Part shown: one piece after another, positions 11,199 through 23,444 of the stretch
How positions within the stretch are numbered: the stretch's first letter is position 1
Layout of the letters: each line of letters begins with the position of its first letter
Assembly (NCBI GenBank): GCA_950097015.1
Contig: CATNEN010000001.1
Span: forward strand, 9,982,001-10,046,000
DNA length: 64,000 nt
From: Macrostomum hystrix
Taxonomy: Eukaryota; Animalia; Platyhelminthes
Reading direction: 5' to 3'
The notes under the pieces: model-generated
What the model was told of the DNA's origin: nothing
The model's database searches: none
The model's input: the letters and a program-made list of their open reading frames with translations, nothing else
Position numbers and translations under genes: made by a program

Positions 11199-14100
11199 TC
11201 ACTCGCGCATGTAGCATTTGCACATGCAGGTGGAAATCTCCTCGATCCAGCACCAGCTCGCTGAAACGTGAAAAATGTGAGTCCACATCAGTATTAGCAG
11301 CTCTCACACAAAACTAAAGCTTTTGGTTCGCAAGTCAGTCAGTTCTGAGGCGGACTTACGGTGCACCATGTTCTGCAGATCGTCGTAGGTGGCGGGCAGC
11401 GAGCTGAACGGCACAACGCCTGAGGCAGCCAGACCGATGAAGTTCAGAACCTAAGAATTCCAGGTAGAAGGCATTGCTTAGAGTTGGATTCGGTCTCAGA
11501 ATAAGCTAAGCATGAGGACTTACCTCTCCGATGGAAGTCTTGGCGGTGAGGGTCATGACGGAGCCGCCGGTGGCCTTGGCCAGGTAGTCAAACTCTCCCT
11601 TGTACACCGAGGGACCGCAGAAAGTGCCAGTGGCGATCACGTACAGCTTGATCTTCTTGGACACCAGCAAGGCGGCGACGTCGGCGGTCTTGTTCGCGTC
11701 TTTGGCAGCCGCGTCGGTGAACAGGATGAGCACGGATTTGTCGAGGGCCTCCTTTGCCGCGTCCTCGATGCCCGACATGGCGTACTCTGGACAGTCGCCT
11801 CCGCCCGACGGAGCGATGCCGTCCACAAAGCTCTGAATGACGCTCTCGTTGCTGGATCGGATGACATTCTTCACGTATGGATCGCCGAACCGAGCAACCA
11901 CGTAGTCCTTGAAGACCGAGTTGTTGGCCATGATGGCTCCCACCTGACTGCGCACGGCGAAGATCTCGGCTCCCATCGATCCGCTGTCGTCAATGACGAA
12001 TCCCAGAGAGCCGACCGGCTTCGGCTTGCAGGCTTTGGGCGGGGCACAGACCTTGTTGCGCATGGTCACTCGCTTGTATCCAGGCGGGCAGGGCGCTGCA
12101 ATGATCCACAGATAGGTTGAACGATTCGCCAAAAATAATGCGAAATGGCATCATTTAGAGATTTGTTTAATTTCTATATGTTTTACCTTTAATAGGTTTG
12201 CACTTGCGAACAACCACCCACTTGCAACAGTCTGCAATTAAGATTCAAGGTAAATTTAAAGTTGATTAGACTGCATTAGTTAAGAAACAAATTTGTCATG
12301 AGATATTTTACACTCACGCAGTGGCTTCATTTTCCGCAAGTCATCCAAGCAGCGTGGGAAAGGCTCCAGTGAGTACTTTCCTGCTGCAGCCAGTGCGAGG
12401 AAATCGAGCACCTAGAATCAAAAGGAGAAATTTCGTTCAATTCAAGCAAATATAATGGCAGCAAAAATAAACTTTTTTTCTGAATTTTGTTTTACCTCGT
12501 GCACGGATGTCTTCGATGTTAAAGTCATCACATCACCGCCAGTTGCCTTTGCCAGGTCGTCGAACTCTCCTTTGTACACTGATGGACCGCAGAAGGTGCC
12601 AGTGGCGATGACGAACAGTTTCGTGTTCTTGGATAGCAACAGAGCCTTCACAGCTGCCAGCTTGCTTGCGTCCTTGGCCGATGCGTCAGTGAACAAGATC
12701 AGCACGGAGTTCTTCCTCGCCTCCTTCGCAGCGTCCTCGATGCCCGACATGGCGTACTCGGGACAGTCGCCTCCATCTGTTGGCACGATCGCATTGACAA
12801 AGTTTTGGATGACGACTTTGTCGTCGGATCTGATGAGATTCTTCTTGTACGGGTCTCCAAACCGAGCAACGACGTAGTCCTTAAAGATGGTGTTGTTGGC
12901 CATGATGGCTCCCACATGAGTTCGCACGGCGAAGATCTCGGCTCCCATCGACCCGGTGTCGTCAATGACGAATCCAAGAGAGCCGTACTTGTGCTTCTTG
13001 CAAGGACCGGGTTTGCAGACCTTCTTCTTCACCTCGACCTGCTCGTAGCCCTTAGGACAAGGACAGCTCTTTGTCTCAGGTGGAATGCACACGAGGTTCT
13101 CAACGCTGGTCTTGCACGAGCAGGCTGCATGAGGAGGTGAGGTAAATGCATTTCGTTAATTTTTGCCAGTGAAAATACCAAATTGGCTGTGAGAATGAGA
13201 CTGCAGTTACTCACTTCCGTTGGCGATCGCCTTCAGATCTTCCAGAGTTGACGGCATGCCGCGGATGAAACGAATGCCCAGCTTGGCAAAGTTCTTGATG
13301 TAGTTCATCACGTAGTCCACGTCCGACTTGTCGGGTGTCATGTAGATGGTTCCATTGGTCGCGCTGGTGAGTCGGCCGAACTCGGCACCCATGCCGCAGA
13401 GATTTCCAGTCGCCAGCACATTCAGCCGGATGTTCTTGGATACCAGCAGAGCCTTCACCGCCGGTTCCAGAGTGAGATCCTTGGCGCTCGCGTCAGTGAA
13501 CACGAAGATCACGGATCCGGGACTCACTCGGTTCGCCACCTCCTGAATCCCACTCAGTGCCATCTCCGGGCAGTCGCCGCCGGCATGAGCGTTGATGGTG
13601 CTCACGAATCCGTTCAGGGCAGTGGCGTCTGACGACTCGAACACGTTCGACACGTACGGGTCGTTGAATGTTCCGATCACAAACTTGTTGAAGATTTTGT
13701 GCGTGGCAGCTAAATTAGGAAAGTGAAGAAGGGCGTCATCAGCGTCTTCTCAGTCTTTCAGGGTTCACTACAAATGCACAAGAAGTAATATAGATTGTAA
13801 ACTCACCGACGACAGCCTGGATGCTTGCCTTCACGGACGCGATCTCCGTCGACATGCTGCCCGTGTCATCCACAACGAAGCCAATTGACACGTTGTAGTA
13901 CTCGCGGTCTCCCGGGTCGACAATCTCGATGGTGCGGTTCAGGCCGCTGCAACTGCACGACAGTCGCTTATCGTAGGTGCAGTTCTTCGACGGACAGCTG
14001 TCGCACACGGGATCTGCTTGTGGAATATGCGAGGACTTATTTTTGTGGTCTTTTTTTCAGGAATGCCTATTCGGACTAAATATGACGAATAAATATGAGC

Positions 14101-14245
14101 TCATCGAAGGATTGTTCTACTCAATTGATTCTCTGGTTTGGGACTGCAGAGACATGTCATCAGGCAGGAGAAACTCACCGAGCTGAGCTGAAACTTGAAG
14201 AACGAGGGCAGAGCCCAGAATGAGAAGCAGAGATTGAGCCTTCAT
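11199..14245 (-). CDS. Secreted triple-VWA-domain protein, copy B, ~753 aa, 9 exons
   Basis: Exons 14245-14179, 14013-13807, 13709-13215, 13124-12496, 12411-12318, 12231-12187, 12095-11524, 11450-11360, 11260-11199. Exon lengths identical to copy A; GT-AG introns; same signal peptide and three MIDAS-bearing VWA domains. Confidence 0.88.
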
Positions 14246-15317
14246 GGCGTCTTGCAGGCTTGAATATTTCGCGTGTAAATATCGGTAATGCTAGGTTTCG
14301 GCAGTGCTATGCCTTTGAATGTGTGAGACTCTTGTCATCGAGATTAAATAGCAATATGGGTCGCATGTTTACTGTTTTTGGTGTGCATGTTTTCATAAAC
14401 AAGAACTTGATCAGATTTTTTATTATGCCTTGTCAAGACATGAAAAATACGTGGGCGTTGATGTGGACAGGCTAGCAGGACTGCATCTCGGAAAACAGCT
14501 CGTGTTTACCAGGCAGAGTTGGCGGCATGGGCTTGCGCAAGCAGCTCATTATGCGCTGCTATTGTTGTTCTTCATCGCCCCTAGCTGTGGGTGTTTTTTC
14601 ATAAAAAATATCTGCCCCTCCATGTTATCAATAAAGCTTGGCTGTCATTGCTACATTAGAAGCGAAACCCAGCGGTGTGAGAGTAAAGTCTCGTGTTTCT
14701 ATTGTCATATTATTTACAGAGCCAGACGATGAGTGCGTTCCTTTGCCAGTTGCGCAAACAGGCAATTGCTGCTTCTATTGTTTCGGGGTCTAAAAAACTT
14801 TGTAACTAGAATTTAAAGCGTCAAGTTGCCGAGACTAACGAAAATATGTTTATCGTTGCATGTTTTTATCATCCAAGCAATTAACGACTTGGCTAGTAAA
14901 CCTGACTGGACCTCGTGATGCCACTAAAGGATCCTTAAATTTAGGTGAGTGACAGGGTTAGGTACGTGAGCATTTTCCGCTGCGAGGCCACATTAATTTG
15001 GCGCGCAGCCGCGGAGTCAAGACTTGAGGGCTTGTCGTGCAATTCACGCCCTTGAGAGCAAAATATCCAGTGCCCACAGCCCGCCTGAAAATATTTTCAT
15101 GATTATTAACCTAAGTTTTAAAGGACACTTTGGATTCAGAAAACAGGGTGCCGAGAAAGGCTCCATTAGAATCAATTAAATCGTATAGATTGTGTTTTAG
15201 AAAGCATAATAATGCTAGTGTTTTACTGACGGTCACTTGTTCTTTCGTCTACCTCGTATAAATATTGGAGAACTGCCAGCATTGTAAAACTTGATCTCAG
15301 TGATTACACAGTTATTC

Positions 15318-18300
15318 ACAGCTGATTCTAGCTACAGCTGATTCTAGCTACAGTAGATTCCAGCTACAGCAGATTCTAGCTACAGCGTATTCTAGCTACA
15401 GCAGATTCTAGCTACACCAGATTCTAGCTACAGCAGATTCTAGCTGCATTGGATTCTAGCTGGAGCAGATTCTAGCTACAGCAGATTCTAGCTACACCAG
15501 ATTCCAGCTACAGCAGATTCTAGCTACAGCAGATTCTAGCTGCAGCAGATTCTAGCTACACCAGATTCTAGCTACAGCAGATTCTAGCTGCAGTGGATTC
15601 TAGCTGGAGCAGATTCTAGCTACAGCAGATTCTAGCTACAGCAGATTCCAGCTACAGCAGATTCTAGCTACAGCAGATTCTAGCTACACCAGATTCTAGC
15701 TACACCAGATTCCAGCTACAGCAGATTCTAGCTACAGCAGATTCTAGCTACAGCGTATTCTAGCTACAGCAGATTCTAGCTACAGCAGATTCTAGCTACA
15801 GCTGATTCTAGCTACAGCAGATTCTAGCTACAGCGTATTCTAGCTACAGCAGATTCCAGCTACACCAGATTCTAGCTACAGCAGATTCTAGCTACAGCAG
15901 ATTCTAGCTACAGCAGATTCTAGCTACAGCAGATTCTAGCTACAGCAGATTCCAGCTACACCAGATTCTAGCTACAGCAGATTCTAGCTACAGCAGATTC
16001 TAGCTACAGCAGATTCTAGCTACAGCAGATTCTAGCTACACCAGATTCTAGCTACAGCAGATTCTAGCTACAGCAGATTCTAGCTACAGCAGATTCTAGC
16101 TACAGCAGATTCTAGCTACAGTGTATTCTAGCTACAGCAGATTCTAGCTACAGCAGATTCTAGCTACAGCAGATTCTAGCTACAGCAGATTCTAGCTACA
16201 GCAGATTCTAGCTACAGCAGATTCTAGCTACAGTGTATTCTAGCTACAGCAGATTCCAGCTACACCAGATTCTAGCTACAGCAGATTCTAGCTGCAGTGG
16301 ATTCTAGCTGCAGCAGATTCTAGCTACAGCAGATTCTAGCTACAGCGGATTCTAGCTGGAGCAGATTCTAGCTACAGCAGATTCTAGCTACACCAGATTC
16401 CAGCTACAGCAGATTCTAGCTATTCTAGCTACAGCGTATTCTAGCTACAGCAGATTCTAGCTACAGCAGATTCTAGCTACAGCGTATTCTAGCTACAGCA
16501 GATTCTAGCTACAGCAGATTCTAGCTACAGCTGATTCTAGCTACAGCAGATTCTAGCTACAGCGTATTCTAGCTACAGCAGATTCCAGCTACACCAGATT
16601 CTAGCTACAGCAGATTCTAGCTACAGCAGATTCTAGCTACAGCAGATTCTAGCTACAGCAGATTCTAGCTACAGCAGATTCTAGCTACAGTGTATTCTAG
16701 CTACAGCAGATTCCAGCTACACCAGATTCTAGCTACAGCAGATTCTAGCTGCAGTGGATTCTAGCTGCAGCAGATTCTAGCTACAGCAGATTCTAGCTAC
16801 AGCGGATTCTAGCTGGAGCAGATTCTAGCTACAGCAGATTCTAGCTACACCAGATTCCAGCTACAGCAGATTCTAGCTACAGCGTATTCTAGCTACAGCA
16901 GATTCTAGCTACAGCAGATTCTAGCTACAGCTGATTCTAGCTACAGCAGATTCTAGCTACAGCAGATTCTAGCTACAGCAGATTCCAGCTACACCAGATT
17001 CTAGCTACAGCAGATTCTAGCTACAGCAGATTCTAGCTACAGCAGATTCTAGCTACAGCAGATTCCAGCTACACCAGATTCTAGCTACAGCAGATTCTAG
17101 CTACAGCAGATTCTAGCTACAGCAGATTCTAGCTACAGCAGATTCTAGCTACAGCAGATTCTAGCTACAGCAGATTCTAGCTGCAGTGGATTCTAGCTGC
17201 AGCAGATTCTAGCTACAGCAGATTCTAGCTACACCAGATTCCAGCTACAGCAGATTCTAGCTATTCTAGCTACAGCGTATTCTAGCTACAGCAGATTCTA
17301 GCTACAGCAGATTCTAGCTACACCAGATTCCAGCTACAGCAGATTCTAGCTATTCTAGCTACAGCGTATTCTAGCTACAGCAGATTCTAGCTACAGCAGA
17401 TTCTAGCTACAGCAGATTCTAGCTACAGTGTATTCTAGCTACAGCAGATTCCAGCTACACCAGATTCTAGCTACAGCAGATTCTAGCTGCAGTGGATTCT
17501 AGCTGCAGCAGATTCTAGCTACAGCAGATTCTAGCTACAGCGGATTCTAGCTGGAGCAGATTCTAGCTACAGCAGATTCTAGCTACACCAGATTCCAGCT
17601 ACAGCAGATTCTAGCTATTCTAGCTACAGCGTATTCTAGCTACAGCAGATTCTAGCTACAGCAGATTCTAGCTACAGCGTATTCTAGCTACAGCAGATAC
17701 CAGCTACACCAGATTTTAGCTACAGCAGATTCTAGCTGCAGTGGATTCTAGCTGGAGCAGATTCTAGCTACAGCAGATTCCAGCTACACCAGATTCTAGC
17801 TACAGCAGATTCTAGCTGCAGTGGATTCTAGCTGGAGCAGATTCTAGCTACACCAGATTCTAGCTACAGCGTATTCTAGCTACAGCAGATCCTAGCTACA
17901 GCGTATTCTAGCTACAGCAGATTCCAGCTACACCAGATTCTAGCTACAGCAGATTCTAGCTGCAGTGGATTCTAGCTGGAGCAGATTCTAGCTACACCAG
18001 ATTCTAGCTACAGCGTATTCTAGCTACAGCAGATCCTAGCTACAGCGAATTCTAGCTACAGCAGATTCTAGCTACACCAGATTCTAGCTACAGCGTATTC
18101 TAGCTACAGCAGATCCTAGCTACAGCGTATTCTAGCTACAGCAGATTCCAGCTACACCAGATTCTAGCTACAGCAGATTCTAGCTGCAGTGGATTCTAGC
18201 TGCAGCAGATTCTAGCTACAGCAGATTCTAGCTACAGCAGATTCTAGCTGCAGTGGATTCTAGCTGCAGCAGATTCTAGCTACAGCAGATTCTAGCTACA

Positions 18301-18822
18301 GCAGATTCTAGCTGCAGTGGATTCTAGCTGGAGCAGATTCTAGCTACAGCAGATCCTAGCTACAGCGTATTCTAGCTGCAGCAGATCCTAGCTACAGCGT
18401 ATTCTAGCTACAGCAGATCCTAGCTACAGCGTATTCTAGCTGCAGCAGATTCTAGCTACAGCAGATTCTAGCTACAGCAGATTCTAGCTGCAGTGGATTC
18501 TAGCTGGAGCAGATTCTAGCTACATTGGATTCTAGCTACAGCAGATTCTAGCTACAGCAGATTCCAGCTACAGCAGATTCTAGCTACAGCGTATTCTAGC
18601 TACAGCAGATTCCAGCTACACCAGATTCTAGCTACAGCAGATTCTAGCTGCAGTGGATTCTAGCTGCAGCAGATTCTAGCTACAGCAGATTCTAGCTACA
18701 GCAGATTCTAGCTGCAGTGGATTCTAGCTGGAGCAGATTCTAGCTACACCGGATTCTAGCTACAGCAGATTCCAGCTACAGCAGATTCCAGCTACACCAG
18801 ATTCTAGCTACAGCAGATTCAA
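15318..18822. repeat. 16-bp satellite (gcagattctagctaca)n, ~3.5 kb
   Basis: Roughly 220 tandem units with recurring variants (ccagattcc, gtggattctagctgg, cgtattc). Confidence 0.97.
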
Positions 18823-19036
18823 GCAGTGATTATGGTAAAGCTCGAGTAAGCTTTAAAAGGCTCGCATACTGCCTGATTATTGTTATCTCTATAATTTTAT
18901 TTTCAATAAACAACCCACATTACATGCTTTTTCAGACATTATCTCGCTCAGCACAGAAAAAGGCTTTCCTATTCACTTCTTTATTATTTCTAATAGTTTT
19001 TTTTCGTTATACTTTATGAGACCTTCTTTCTCATTC

Positions 19037-19190
19037 CCGATCTGACCCACTTTATATACCTGATCTGACCCACTTTACATACCTGATCTGACCCACTTTA
19101 TTCACCTGATCTGACCCACTTTACATACCTGATCTGACCCACTTTATTCACCTGATCTGACCCACTTTACATACCTGATCTGACCCACTT
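19037..19190. repeat. 23-bp minisatellite (cctgatctgacccactttacata), ~7 copies
   Basis: Tandem units with alternating acata/attca variants. Confidence 0.9.
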
Positions 19191-21076
19191 TCTCATTTTA
19201 AATCGAAACCATTTCTGTGTCTTCTCTGAGCCAATTTCTCACAAGATCTAGATCATTTTCTCATCCCAATAACAAAAGAATAATTTGCAAATAATTTTCC
19301 ATGTTATCCAGAAAAATGGGAAAAAATAAACAAGCAAATAAATACCTTAAGGATCATTGCACCTTAAATATAAAGCATGCATTAACTAATTAATAAGATT
19401 TGCTCATGTGCCATTGTGCACTACAATATATTCAGATTAAGAAGCTAAGCAGACACACAAAAACAATCCAAATAATTTAAAATAAGTTTTCTGTTGTAAA
19501 TGTAGCATCAAGGCACTGTGGCCAGCAGTGAAGTTAGAAAAAAACACCAGAGCATACATAGCTCGTATAATGCATTCTAAATTATTAATAAAATCGACCG
19601 AACTACAAAAAAATGCGCCGTACTCTACTATCCAGTAGCTGGATAGTAGTCAGCCGCGGGAAGAAGGAATTTTAAGTGAATTTAAATTAATAAACAGCCA
19701 AAAAAGTAAACACTGGCAATTGGTTTAAACCGCATTTTTAATCAATAGAGGAAGCAAAAGCATGTAAATCAACAAATTTTTAACGGAAGTGATTGCAATT
19801 CAAATTTTTACTCCAATGTGCAACAATTATATAACGCTTGACATGCACACACTATATTTGTCCCATTTAACAAAACTAAACAAAAGTTCATTACCTAATT
19901 AAGAAAAAACTGATTTAATTAAAAAGTTTTTATGTGATTCTAGTGACTATAAAATGTAGGTCAAAATAACATATCTAATTTGTTTGAATTGACTACTTTA
20001 ACTGTAAGATACACAACAAAATTATCATCGGTTAAAAATACTATTATAACAATTTTTTGTTATAAAAATTGGCTAAAGACTGCGTATGTCATAATGACCA
20101 AATACAAAACTGAGAAATCAAATATTCCTTCACATAGAAGAAAAAAACGTGAATTTAAAGCACAGCCACCGAAAAAATAAACAGGTGTAAAACAGTAGGA
20201 ATATTGCAAACAATAAATAAATAAAAATAACTGCTAGAAACGTAGTAGCAAAAATAATACAGCGAGCTCATTATAAAAAATGACTCCAGTGTTTTCTTGA
20301 CTAATGGTATCATGTGCTTTGTGTGCATAATATAACAAAGTTATACCATTTTATTTTTCTAAACTAATAAATATTAGAATATTATAAGAAGTGTCTTCGG
20401 TATAAACATTAAACAATTGATGCTTATAACTATTATACCTATGTTTTATAGGTAAAAATATGCAAAGTAGATGTCTCAACATGTTTATCTTGCCCGATAC
20501 AAAAAGTTCTTGAAGGGTAGAAAATTAGAAATTAATATGAACCAAAACCAATGAAAAAAGCCAGAATCATTTAAACAGCCCGAATAGTCAATTTTCACGG
20601 AAAGCAAATGAGCTCTTGATAAATGAAAGAAAGAAATCAATAAATATCACTAGACCGATTTAGTGAGGAAAATGTCGCTTTGACTTTAAAAAAAGCTTTA
20701 ATACTTTAATTCAACTTAACTTGATACACATTGATATTGCATGCGTTTAGTACTTTTATATTTATTTTCTTAAGAGTTTTTTTAGGATTGTTCATCAAAG
20801 TTTAATTTAAAACGTTTTTTATCGACGGTAACTTTCGAAACGCAAATGCATAATTTTTATAAAAAATTACCTTATAATTTAATCTACGCTACTGTTACAT
20901 AAGCTACTTCTGTCTATAATCAACATTATTTCGCGTTATTTTAATCATCGATACGTGAAAGTTTAGAATCGTGTTGTATATTAAAAAACTAACGTAAGAT
21001 CCAAAGACAGCAGACAAAAATTAATACTTTGGGCCACAACCGCATTGAGGGATAGTGACGGCTTAGAGAAATTGCA

Positions 21077-23444
21077 TCACTTATGACCAGCGATTTCCGG
21101 ATTGATTTCGTCCAAAGACAAACTCGCTGTAGGCCTCATCAGCGGCGGCTTCACAGGCAGCTGCTGACGTGCCGGCGGGTCCAGCTTGTCGAAATAGTGC
21201 TGGACAATGTCGCGGTCAGCTGGGCAGCTGGACACAAAGGCGGCAGTTTTGTACATGCTGTCCATGTACTGGTGCAGGAACCGCAGCTCGGAGCTCGGGA
21301 TTTCGTAATTGCGGTAGGCCTTCATAGCAGGGAATGGGGAGGAACAGGCAATGATTCACTGCCCAACATCTGCAAGAAAACCTACTTGGCAACAGCCGCA
21401 GCTATTGCGCGGCGCATCTGAACACTGCGCACGGCTGTTCAGTCCATGGACTGGTGGAACGTCACACCCACCATCAATCACCCCAGTTAATGCTGGTGCC
21501 CATTTAATAACTGGGTGAACTGAAGCAATGCAGAGTTATGTGTCTTTAAGGACACAAAATTGTTTCAGTGAAGTCGGGACTCGAACCCCCAACCTTCGAT
21601 TCATGAGTCCAACGCACTAACCACTAGGCTAGTGGCTAGTGATTAGACTCTCACAAGGAATTTCGGAGCTAAATCAGCTTTGAGACACAAACTAGCACAA
21701 ATTTCACCTCAAAGACGATGAAAAAGTCTGGGCAGATGTACACACCTGTGTGTGCGTGTGCTGAGTAGTCAGGGAAATGGGCAGAATTGCCTTTTCGCTG
21801 GCTGCAGGTCAAGTGTCACGAAACGATGTCACTATGAGGGCAGCCCTCTTGCCAAACATTATTTAGCGAAAAATGAGTCAGGCATTCCCAGCATCAGCAG
21901 CAGTGCTCAGCTCACTTTGGCAGCAATCCTGGCGTGATGCAGCTTGGGCATGAGCTGACAATCCGCATAGCTCAACTCAGGACCAATGAGGTACTGCTGG
22001 CTGGGCCGCTCAGCCAAATAGTTGTTGATCTTGAACAATGAGCTCCTCAGCTTGGTGTCGGAGCCGCTCTTCAGGAACATGTTTAGTCCGGTGTACAGGT
22101 CAGCGAAGCATCTTTCAGCGGCAGCCTCGTCTGGACTGTCCTTCGGCAGGGCGAGAGCCGGGCAGTGCCAGACGTCCATGAGCTGCTCGATTTCGTCGTT
22201 GGTGTCGCAGACGAGATTCTCCAGATCCGTTCCCTTCAAATCGCGACCTTTGATAACGCGAGCAACTGGCAGTCTCTTGCCAACATCCAAAGACTGATAG
22301 GCCTCCGGGGGCAGGTCCGGATTGACCGTGGTGACAAACAGATTCAGGACCTTTTTTTCGGCTAGCAGGTAGAACACCATGAACCACTGCTGGCTGATTG
22401 GGCAGGGACCTTTGTCTTCTCGGCCAATGGGCGAGACCTACAAATGTGTTGCAATCAGGAAAATTAAATTACTTTGAGCATTGAGAAACTAGTACGACAA
22501 TTAGATTAAAGACAGTTATTTTCTACTCAATAAAGGTACAACAGACAAATGCTTAACATGCGTCTCAGGCAAGCTCAAATTCTATGACAAAATCTGTGAG
22601 GTGTAAAGAGTGTAGTCCCTTGGTTTTTTAGGTAGACTTGACTGAGAATGGGATACCACTGAAATTCCTAAGTTTAGTTATTCTCTACATGGTTCTTCTT
22701 TGTACACATCAAAGATGTGTAAAATCTCTTACAACTTTAACAACTTCTCTATAGTAAAAAATAATGACCAACAACCTACAATCAACAAGCCACTCAGATG
22801 TCATAGTAGTGTGCTCAGACAGTGTAGTGGTGTGCCACCAAGAAAAAAATGTTGCCAAAGGTAACAAGGCAAGAATGAAATCATCTTTCCCTCATAGTAT
22901 TTCCTGCCTTTTATCTTCGGTTTTGGCTATAGCTAAGCACCGCAAAGTCATTTGAAAACCTTGTCTGTTAAAGTTGTCTGTTTAAATTACTTGCAGTAGC
23001 TGAGAAATTTCTTATCTTTAGAAAAAATGTTTAAATGCAAAACTAAATAACTGCCTCTTTGTATTGTAGGTTCTGGCTAGCTAGGACAGACAATGAGATA
23101 AAATAGTATAAGACTATGGGTTTAATTTAATGTATTCTTAAAGGCCCTACTATGAATACTGACATATAGCTATGTTTAGCAAATAAAAAGTTGTAAACCA
23201 TAATAGGTGGGTCTCATGTCATATAGTAAAATATAAGTAATAACAATATATGTCCACATCATGGCAATATTATTCTTATTATTTACTTTACATAAAATAA
23301 TACATCTTTAGAAATACCACTATGCGAAATAGTTAATAGTTAAAAATGCTGCAGTTTCATTAGCAAAGCTAGGCCCGGTCATGTAAATTATAAAAAGTAT
23401 GTATTTACCTTTATGAAAAGTTCGATTACTGGTTTGTCATCCAT
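21077..23444 (-). CDS. clic: Chloride intracellular channel (CLIC/EXC-4-like, GST fold), ~266 aa, 3 coding exons
   Basis: Exons 23444-23409 (MDDKPVIELFIK), 22437-21916 (VSPIGREDKGPCPISQQWFMVFYL...VTTVN...YLIGPELSYADCQLMPKLHHARIAAK), 21319-21077 (AYRNYEIP...FVSSCPADRDIVQHY). All phase 0, GT-AG. Matches CLIC hallmarks IELF(V/I)K, CPxSQ, ADCxLxPKLH and CPxD. Confidence 0.9.
21480..21640 (-). mobile_element. tRNA-derived SINE-like element in CLIC intron 2
   Basis: Minus strand reads TAGCCTAGTGGTTAGTGCG (A box) ... GGTTCGAGTCCC (B box), then ttgtgtccttaaagacacataactctgcattgcttcagttcacccagttattaaatgggcacc, which resembles CORE/Meta-type SINE central domains. Cloverleaf stems are imperfect. Confidence 0.65.
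21712..21840 (+). repeat. Copy of a dispersed repeat family (gacgatgag..agtcagggcagatgtacacacctgtgtg)
   Basis: Homologous to 39600-39880 (-), 43290-43470 (+) and 47119-47340 (+). Confidence 0.75.

Noticed and set aside
15318-18822. CRISPR-like appearance of the regular arrays (also 38.4 and 60.3 kb)
   Set aside because: No unique spacers, no cas genes, eukaryotic context.
19625-19649. Perfect 11-bp hairpin ctactatccag-tag-ctggatagtag
   Set aside because: Isolated, with no associated element end or gene context.
21565-21640. Functional tRNA-Met gene
   Set aside because: Acceptor and anticodon stems pair poorly and the sequence runs into a SINE-like body.
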